Below are positions 1-7,000 of a DNA stretch of 28,555 nucleotides, piece by piece. A program made the translations under genes and the position numbers. The DNA lies in the IMG/VR virus record IMGVR_UViG_3300021444_000005, positions 1 to 28,555 of that record. One strand, 5' to 3'. The stretch comes from a virus (Duplodnaviria; Caudoviricetes). A model generated the notes under the pieces. It searched no databases, had not been told where the DNA came from, and was given only the letters and a program-made list of their open reading frames with translations. Every line of letters begins with the position of its first letter. Positions within the stretch are counted from its first letter, which is position 1.

Positions 1-27
1 AATAAATCGCCCACCGAAGTGGGCGAT
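1..27 (-). terminator. Rho-independent terminator of the left-end gene
   Basis: Minus strand reads ATCGCCCAC-TTCG-GTGGGCGAT then TTATT (window edge): 9-bp stem with C(UUCG)G loop, ~28 nt after the stop at 55. Confidence 0.75.
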
Positions 28-54
28 GTAACAAAGACATCGCCTACGATCTGA

Positions 55-951
55 TTAGCCGCCAGTATTGATGTTGTTTGGGCTGGCAGTGGATGTCTGA
101 GCACCGCCAACGACAGGGCCGGTATTGCCAGCAATGACGCTGGTATTGGCCGCCGTCGCATGCGCCACTTGAAGCACGCTTTGCAGGATCGGGAACAGGC
201 TGCTAACGGTCGTGAGAATTTGCTGCTGTTGCTGTTGTTGCTGCCCTTGTTGCTGCGCAGCCACCGCCGTGTTCGTGTTGGTGATGGTAGCGATGACTTG
301 GTCATGCTCACGGCGACGATTAGCGTCCAGCAGCGCGGTTTCAGCAACGGTAAGTTGACGTTGCAGATTTGCGTCCTGGATAGATTGGATCAGCGCACGG
401 GTTTTTTCGCCATCGTTAGCGACGGCCTCGCGAGTCATGCAACCTTGGGCCGAAACATTAGTGTTGATCCCACACAACTCTTGCATGAGTGTCTGCTGGT
501 TCATGTTCATGCCTTGGATCAGCATGATGGTTTGCTGCAGCGTGTTCGTACCCTGAGTGGCGAAGCCAGTGTTAATGGCGTTCATCAGCTGCATATTGCC
601 GGTATTCACCTTGTCAGCAACGAGGCCGGTAGCGGTAGGAATGGCCGCGCTGATGTTGTTCAGTGTGGTCATCGCAGCAGTGTCGAAAGCGACACGAGCC
701 GTACCCAATTCAATCGCCGCCGCATTCGTACCACCACCATCACCACCCCAGCCGCCTAGGCCACCGCGACCGAATAGCAGCGCGCCCAACAGGCCGCCAC
801 CAAAAGCCATCGCGCCAGCGCCTAAAGCGCCTTGGCCACCCATACCGCCGTGATGGCTTGCCATGAGTGCAGCTGGCAGCATGGCATGAGCAGCAGAACT
901 GCCGCTATCGCCGCCGGTTGGCGTGGTAAATACGTTCACAGGTTGACCCAT
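55..951 (-). CDS. Gly-rich hydrophobic segment + long coiled-coil + Gln-rich phage protein (298 aa; alternative in-frame start at 1050, 331 aa)
   Basis: SD AAGGAG before ATG 951 and AAGGGG before ATG 1050; GAGAMAFGGGLLGALLFG segment, N/Q/T-rich heptads, QGCMTREAVANDGEKTRALI, poly-Q; terminator downstream. The ORF-track start at 1224 overlaps the divergent gene. Confidence 0.85.
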   Translation of the reverse strand: MGQPVNVFTTPTGGDSGSSAAHAMLPAALMASHHGGMGGQGALGAGAMAFGGGLLGALLFGRGGLGGWGGDGGGTNAAAIELGTARVAFDTAAMTTLNNISAAIPTATGLVADKVNTGNMQLMNAINTGFATQGTNTLQQTIMLIQGMNMNQQTLMQELCGINTNVSAQGCMTREAVANDGEKTRALIQSIQDANLQRQLTVAETALLDANRRREHDQVIATITNTNTAVAAQQQGQQQQQQQQILTTVSSLFPILQSVLQVAHATAANTSVIAGNTGPVVGGAQTSTASPNNINTGG

Positions 952-1149
952 GATGCTCTCCTTTGCATTGTCGATTTTTGCTGCCAGGTGATCAGATCGC
1001 GCTTGCGAGTGCTGTTCGTGCTGGTGCAGCGTGATGTTTTCGTCGTCCATGACTGGCCCCTTTGAGAATTGATCCGGTGAGGATCGGAGAGAATCTTCCT
1101 GCTGGACTTGTGCGACAATGGCGGGCGTTCGTGCGACGGAGAATCTGCT

Positions 1150-1356
1150 ATGCCTAAAAGCAAATGGAGACAGGAGCAGGAACAAGCGATGGATCGCTAT
1201 GACGTGCGCATGACGGCAGCGCATGCGAGACGGGCTAGAAAAATCGGGAAGGGGAATTTATCGGATGGCGTACGCCAGGCGATTGAGGCGGTAGACCCTG
1301 AACTTGGGATACCCGACGAAAGACGGATAGGCCAGTTGGATCGAAGGAAGAAATGA
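1150..1356 (+). CDS. Small basic putative DNA-binding protein (ribbon-helix-helix-like), 68 aa
   Basis: SD GGAG before ATG 1150; RYDVRM strand, helix, then GKGNLSDGVRQAIE; ends at a hairpin. Confidence 0.6.
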   Translation: MPKSKWRQEQEQAMDRYDVRMTAAHARRARKIGKGNLSDGVRQAIEAVDPELGIPDERRIGQLDRRKK

Positions 1357-1379
1357 AAAAGCCCGCATATGCGGGCTTT
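1356..1379. terminator. Probable bidirectional terminator between convergent genes
   Basis: Perfect palindrome AAAGCCCGC-ATAT-GCGGGCTTT (1358-1379); T5 tail on the minus strand, T3 on the plus strand. Confidence 0.8.
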
Positions 1380-1404
1380 GGTGCGTTATGGGGAGGCTAT
1401 GTGG

Positions 1405-1722
1405 CTATTGGGCAATTCGATATCCCTCGACTTCACCGCCAGTATCTCTCTTGATGCGTGTTGCTATGGTCTTGCCATTTTCGTTCATGATGTACACGTT
1501 ACCTAGTAAAGCGTACGTTTCCTGTTCGGTGCTGTTTTCTCTGATTATGATTAGCACTTCTGGAGCACCATTATGGTCCCAAGCGTTACTTGGATTGGGA
1601 AACAATGAGCCAAATTCACCGAACTGAATCCGGTCTTTGTCGCCGATTTGTATCAGCGAATAATTTTTACCGAGATAGGTATCGTGACTTTCTTCGTCGG
1701 ACATGATTTTGATGTAAAGCAT
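1405..1722 (-). CDS. Hypothetical protein (105 aa), accessory gene after the spanins
   Basis: SD AGGAGA before ATG 1722; visibly AT-richer than the structural genes; followed by the terminator. Confidence 0.7.
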   Translation of the reverse strand: MLYIKIMSDEESHDTYLGKNYSLIQIGDKDRIQFGEFGSLFPNPSNAWDHNGAPEVLIIIRENSTEQETYALLGNVYIMNENGKTIATRIKRDTGGEVEGYRIAQ

Positions 1723-1778
1723 AGTAGTTCTCCTAGTAGTAGATTGAGAGTTAAGACGGACTCTCACCGCATAAAACT

Positions 1779-2366
1779 TTAATCCCCATAAAAACCTTGC
1801 TTGCGTATCCAAGCTTGACAGGATCGCGCTATTTCTGTGACTCTGTCGGCTTCGTCTGCGAGGGAGAGAAGATCGTTAGCAGTTTGTTCAGGAAGTGCGA
1901 CTGTTCCGGCAGCGTCTGCATCACGTCCGCTGGTGCCATGGGTTTCGGTTCCGGCTTTGCCTGAGCCGTCACATAGACCGGCTGAGGGGATGCGCAGGCC
2001 GCCAGCAGCGCGCACGTTAGCGCGGGCAGCAACCAGTTTTGCATTGAGTTCATCCACGGCTTTTTGATGGTCATCGCTTACCTCTTGATTGTGCTGTTGA
2101 AAGTTGGTGCGCATCTTCTGGAATCGTTCCTCCTGGTCTGCATCGGCCTTGGCCTGAGCGGCGGCTCGCTGTAGCTTGTCTTGATCCCACTTGGCCTGCG
2201 TGATCGCCTCGCCTTCTTTGATCTTGCGCGCATCATGAATGCTCAGTGCGACGTAGAAAGCGCCGGCCAGCAAGACGATACCGATGATCTCGATCAGCAG
2301 TTTGTACGGAACAAAGCGCGCAATCGTCGCTTCTGGCAGGAACATAGAGAGCAGGGACATCATCAT
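1779..2366 (-). CDS. Rz: i-spanin (Rz-like)
   Basis: N-terminal TM (LLIEIIGIVLLAGAFYVALSI), coiled-coil body, GGLRIP..C and C-terminal CQAWIR typical of lambda Rz; lies at the end of the lysis cassette. Confidence 0.9.
   Translation of the reverse strand: MMMSLLSMFLPEATIARFVPYKLLIEIIGIVLLAGAFYVALSIHDARKIKEGEAITQAKWDQDKLQRAAAQAKADADQEERFQKMRTNFQQHNQEVSDDHQKAVDELNAKLVAARANVRAAGGLRIPSAGLCDGSGKAGTETHGTSGRDADAAGTVALPEQTANDLLSLADEADRVTEIARSCQAWIRKQGFYGD
1829..2044 (-). CDS. Rz1: o-spanin lipoprotein (Rz1-like), fully embedded in Rz in another frame (start 2044 or 2053)
   Basis: Signal peptide MQNWLLPALTCALLAAC with lipobox LAA-C, followed by a Pro-rich region. Confidence 0.85.
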   Translation of the reverse strand: MQNWLLPALTCALLAACASPQPVYVTAQAKPEPKPMAPADVMQTLPEQSHFLNKLLTIFSPSQTKPTESQK

Positions 2367-2689
2367 GGCTTAGGCTCCGGTGGCGCTGGCGGTTCATTCT
2401 TATTGAAAACTACCTTGGTTACAAGTGGCGTCACCCATGCTCCCATGTAGGCCAGGTAATACCCTTCGGTGATCTTGTCGCGCACCGTCAGATTGATGAT
2501 AACCCACGTAGATACCAGCAACACCAGCATGAAGGCGACGGCGATACGGCTGACGCGGCCGTTTTCCATTAGCAGATCAAGCGCATTGAATTGAATCTGT
2601 GCACTGACATGCGCTCGCCATAGGCTGTACAGAATCGCGGCCGCGCTTGCAGCCAGGACGATCAGCATGACGTGGTGAATGGTAATCAT
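2363..2689 (-). CDS. Putative holin (2-3 TM)
   Basis: 108 aa with hydrophobic segments and a charged Pro-rich tail; between endolysin and Rz with ATGA overlaps. Confidence 0.6.
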   Translation of the reverse strand: MITIHHVMLIVLAASAAAILYSLWRAHVSAQIQFNALDLLMENGRVSRIAVAFMLVLLVSTWVIINLTVRDKITEGYYLAYMGAWVTPLVTKVVFNKNEPPAPPEPKP

Positions 2690-3147
2690 CCGGCCACCAT
2701 GCGATCAGCAAGACGCCAGGCGCGCTGAGGCGTCTGGTGTTTGGCCCAATCAGAATCGAGCATCTGGCGTTTAGCTTCGTTGAAATCACCGTTTTGCATC
2801 GCCATCAGCGCGTGGCGAAATTTCATCAGGCCATCAACGCCCATCTGGAAAGCCATGTTCATGATGACGCGCTGACGGTTATCGGTGAGGTTTCGCCACC
2901 AGGGCAGTTTCTCGTCGAGTTCTTCCGATTTGTGCTTGATGTCCACTTCCAGCAGCATGGCAGATTGCGCGCTGGTGATGATGCCGCCGCCGCGCAGATC
3001 GACGCCGAAAGGGGCGGGATCAGCGCCACGCTTGGGATCAATCAGGTGACCAACTCCGACAGTCCACAGACCCAGGCTATCAAGATAGGCCGTCAGTTTT
3101 TCGCCTTCATCGGCGCGCAGCTCAGCGATTAGCAGGTCTTGGTCCAT
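2686..3147 (-). CDS. Endolysin, T4-lysozyme-like muramidase (GH24)
   Basis: E-X8-D-X5-T triad (DEGEKLTAYLDSLGLWTVGVGH), NMAFQMG, and MLDSDWAKHQTPQRA matching the T4L C-terminal motif; no signal or SAR segment seen. Confidence 0.93.
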   Translation of the reverse strand: MDQDLLIAELRADEGEKLTAYLDSLGLWTVGVGHLIDPKRGADPAPFGVDLRGGGIITSAQSAMLLEVDIKHKSEELDEKLPWWRNLTDNRQRVIMNMAFQMGVDGLMKFRHALMAMQNGDFNEAKRQMLDSDWAKHQTPQRAWRLADRMVAG

Positions 3148-3148
3148 G

Positions 3149-3424
3149 TCAGTCCCCTTTTGGGTCTATTCCCCTGTCGAGCAAATCTTGTCGGAGAAGC
3201 TTGTTTTTGAGCTTCAAATTCTGCTCATTTGCGCGATGATATCTGGCAAGTGCCAAAGTTGCAATAACTGCCGCACCGATGGCGCAAAGAGACAGCGTAC
3301 CATGTATCAAATCCAGCAATCCTGCCGTGCCAAGAGCAGCAGTCGCTCCAGCGATGGCACCAGTCACCTTATGGGTGTTCATGATCGCCTCCGCGATGTT
3401 CTGCAATTCTGCGCTCCAAGTCAT
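3149..3424 (-). CDS. Putative holin/antiholin (1-2 TM, basic C-terminus)
   Basis: 91 aa immediately upstream of the endolysin; hydrophobic core followed by RYHRANEQNLKLKNKLLR. Confidence 0.6.
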   Translation of the reverse strand: MTWSAELQNIAEAIMNTHKVTGAIAGATAALGTAGLLDLIHGTLSLCAIGAAVIATLALARYHRANEQNLKLKNKLLRQDLLDRGIDPKGD

Positions 3425-3861
3425 CGTTTTTCCTTTTCCAAATATAGGCGCGTGCCCTGAAGATTAAGGAGACGAAGAACGCCGACACGCCGATGATGAG
3501 TGATAGGGTTGCCATTGCTGGGCCATAATAAACGGGCGAATTGTACATAAGAAATCACCATGATAGTTGAGTTAAGCAGCGCTACCGATGGCGAGTTCTT
3601 GGCCATGAATGCAATGAAGCTGAAAAAATTCACGATCAGAGCGCAAAAGGCTAGGCGCTGCATATCGTATGATATCGGGCCGTTTAAAATCTTGTCGGCC
3701 AGAACTATCGAGGCGAAATTGCAAAGTCCCGATGTGCAAAGATAAATCGCTACTCCGAGTAAGCCATGAATCTGACCGCCGAACAGTCTTTCATGGGCCT
3801 CAGAAAGCATGAGCAGGGAAATGCCGCACAGCAGGCGGCCAAGCCAGTCAGCCGCCTTCAT
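3421..3861 (-). CDS. Integral membrane protein, ~4 TM, basic C-terminal tail
   Basis: Four hydrophobic stretches; ATGA overlap with the next gene; starts 4 nt after the upstream peptide stop. Confidence 0.75.
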   Translation of the reverse strand: MKAADWLGRLLCGISLLMLSEAHERLFGGQIHGLLGVAIYLCTSGLCNFASIVLADKILNGPISYDMQRLAFCALIVNFFSFIAFMAKNSPSVALLNSTIMVISYVQFARLLWPSNGNPITHHRRVGVLRLLNLQGTRLYLEKEKR

Positions 3862-3865
3862 GTGG

Positions 3866-3985
3866 TTACTTCTTCTTTTTTTCAGGTACTTTGGTCGGTG
3901 CGGGGGCTGGCTTTTTCACCACGCCATCGGGCTTGTTGGGATCAGGTACTCCGCCGCCGGTCGCCATTTCGCAAGTAGCTTTCAT
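3866..3985 (-). CDS. 39-aa peptide MKATCEMATGGGVPDPNKPDGVVKKPAPAPTKVPEKKKK (below the ORF-track cutoff)
   Basis: Hand-translated; SD AAGGAG 6 nt before ATG 3985; TAA at 3866-3868; fills the gap between a promoter-like motif and the membrane gene. Confidence 0.75.
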   Translation of the reverse strand: MKATCEMATGGGVPDPNKPDGVVKKPAPAPTKVPEKKKK

Positions 3986-4024
3986 GCTTCACTCCTTCGT
4001 GGTTAAAAATCAAGTAGTTGCCGA

Positions 4025-4033
4025 ATTGTATCA
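4025..4033 (-). promoter_or_regulatory. Putative extended -10 promoter (TGATACAAT) for the peptide/lysis genes
   Basis: TGn-TACAAT; the TG belongs to the TGA stop of the tail gene; the same motif occurs in three other intergenic gaps. Confidence 0.5.
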
Positions 4034-7000
4034 CTGATTCTTTGCTTCAAGTGCAACAACGCGAGTTGTGAGTTCCTGTATCGCCTTCACAATTGGAGGT
4101 ATGAACTCCGTGTACATCAGTGCCTGGGATGAGTTTGGATCGTCCTTATTTTCCAAAGACCACATAGCAAGATTTCTGTCTCCAATAATCACTTTGACGT
4201 CTTGCGATATGAAGCCGTAGTGCGTCCGAACTCCTTTTCTTGGAGTTATTACAGTGTTGCCGTTTTCGTCTTCTGAGACGATGTTTTGACCAACTATCAT
4301 CGTGTACTGTTTGGGTTGCAATTGCATTATGAATTGCAATCCAAATTCGCAGGTTTCGATATTTTCCTTTGTGCGCACGTCTGAGGTTTGAATGACGTTA
4401 TTTGCCGCGTAAATATTCTGCCACCTCGCTCCCAAATAGCCGCATTGATACGCGTTATCTGTCACTGCAATTACGCTATTCATCTGAGCATTGCTGGCAC
4501 CTGCTGCCCTGGCAGTGACGGTTATAGCTCCATCAATTGTATTTGGTCCGGTAACCGACAAGGCCAAACCGCTCGCAGAATTGACGAATCTACCTGCTGC
4601 GCCTGAACTGCTATTGATGCCCTGAACCGCAGCGCCAGAGCCATTATTTTGACCGGCAACAGCTGCTGCCGCGCCGGTAATGGTGCCGTATATGGATGGC
4701 GATAGCGAACTGGTGTTAGGGACATAGATAGTTCCTGACGATCCGCCGATTTCGCATACCAGATTGCCGGACGAGTCATATGCTTTCAACTCGTTGTTGT
4801 TGCTCTCGTTGATAGCGATGCGCTGACCAGATGTTGCCGTCTCGATCAGATTACCGATGATCGTGCCGGACGTGACTGTACCAAGGTTCGCGCTGATGGC
4901 CGAAAGCGAACCGACTTTCAGGGAAGACCAATACGGGATGCTCCAGGTCGTCTGATTCGTCGCTGGATTGTAAATACCGTCCGACTGGTATTGGTATTGC
5001 CCAGCAGAAAGCGTAGGCGGCGATGTGGACCATGAACCGCCCAAGCCCCAAAACACGGTATTGTTGCCAGGCGTCGTAGTCGATCCACTATCTGTTTGCG
5101 GATTGGGTGATGTAGATGGTGAGCTGACGGACGAGGCCAAATATGCCGTGCGATACGATGCGCCAGCGGTTCCCGTACCGCCATTACTGCCGTTGTATCC
5201 CACTGCTGATATAGAGCCCGAACTCCAATTGAATGACGTAGATGTCGCTCCTGCCGTATCTACCAGATTGACTTTATCAGCCCACAATGTTTGTCCAGGT
5301 GAGCCACTTCCTGGAGTTGCAAACCATCCTGAAGGTATTGCTGAAAGTGCACCGGAAGACCATGTGTATGACACGGTTCCAGAAGGAGGCGATGGAATGG
5401 TAGCAGCCCAAGTGTAGATTGTTGGAGTGGAAGCTTGTGTACCGGGCGTCCCGGCCGCGCCGTTTTGCGCCGAGTTGTACACGTTGGTGACGCCCGTCCA
5501 TGTGACGCTCGTGGTCGTCGCGCTGGACGCGGCGGTAACTGCCGTTGAGGTAATCCAAAGCAGCAGACCGGGCGTCCCTGGATTTGTCGGGACCGTGTTC
5601 TGCCAGCCGTTGCCGCCACTGTATGCGGAACTTACCCCTGTAGCCCAAGTGTAGGTACTCGTGCCAGAAGGATTACCTGGCTGCGTTGGCGACCACTGAT
5701 ACAGATATGCTTGGGCGTTTTTGCTGCTCGCTGCCAAGGCACCAGTAAATGACAGCTCCGATGTGAAGTTGAGCGAATCTTTGCCCAGCGTGTCATAGCC
5801 TGCCGCCCTGACGTAATACACCGTGCCATTGGCTATCGCAATGCCGCTGGCATCGTAGGAAACCGTGACGGAATTTGACGGACCATCGTGGACCAGATTA
5901 CTCGGCCCTGGCGTAAATCCGGTAGTCGTGGACATGTAAATCCGAATGCCAGCGTAATCGGGATCGGTCGGCAGCGTGCAGTGGAACTGCATGTTCAACG
6001 GGCCGGCAGTGACCGTCGCATTCGCCAGCACGCCTACTTGCGGATTGTTCACTACCAGCGTGTTGTACGCGCCGTAGATTCCTGTCGCGCTGATCGGCGC
6101 AACTTTGAACGTCAGCGAGCGCCAAGGGCCGCCATCGGCCGTCGCGTCAAGCGCCGTGTAATCGAATGTCAAGGAATTCCCGACGACGACATCACGCACT
6201 TTGGCAAGCGTGGTCCCAGCCCACACCTGGACATCGTATGAAACCGCGTTCGGGACCGCATTCCATTGTATTTTGGCGGTGCCGATATTGAACGTGCCTT
6301 GCAGGCCAAAGCCAGACACCTCAATGGGTGGCGCGTTCACGAACTTGCCGGTCACAGCGTAAGAAGTCGCCGTAACGTTCGCTAGGCTTTGGACCGCACC
6401 GCCGTAGATGTTGTACGCCAGAAGCTTGACGTAGATCGTCTGGCCGACATATTGAACGGAATTCAACGCCAGTTTGGCAATGGCATCATCGCATCGCACG
6501 AACTGAACCCCACTGGCATGCGCCACAGGCAGGCTGTAGTAAGCGCCTCGGTTCAGGCGGCCAATGGTATATGCACCCGCACCGGTCAACGTAGCATCGC
6601 GGTATGCCGTGTATTCGCCATCCAGGTAGCACAACGTGTTGAGCAGTTCGGCGTCGTTCTCAGTAGCCGCCAAGAGCTGGCCGCCAGCGCTGAGTTGGAC
6701 GCCTACGGTGTCGTTGTACATGCCGGATGCAGACTGCGCGCCAAGGCTGGAAGTCGTCATGCCAAAACGGGAACTGCCTACCAGTTCTCCCGCCTGCACA
6801 TATGTGGCGTTGTCCGTGCTGACCCAAATCTGACAGCCGCCGTAATTCGCATTGGTGCTGCCCGTGGCGAGCCAGATTTCCAGGCCAAGCTTATTGCCAG
6901 CCAGTGTCACTGGCGCTTCAAAGATGACGGGTGTCAGTGCGCTGCCAGGATCGACATTGTAATTGGTCGAATAGCCGCCGGCCGGCTGAATGTTGTACGC

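Noticed and set aside
1051-1224. ORF-track N-terminal extension of the left gene (likewise extensions at 8626, 14450, 22558 and 24374)
   Set aside because: They overlap neighbouring genes or promoter-like motifs; better-supported starts lie downstream.
3866-3985. Peptide as a lasso or other RiPP precursor
   Set aside because: No acidic residue at a suitable ring position after the Thr-Gly, and no maturation enzymes in the window.
4031-5720. Diversity-generating retroelement target or invertible fibre cassette
   Set aside because: No nucleotide-level TR/VR pair, reverse transcriptase, invertase or flanking inverted repeats were seen in the window.
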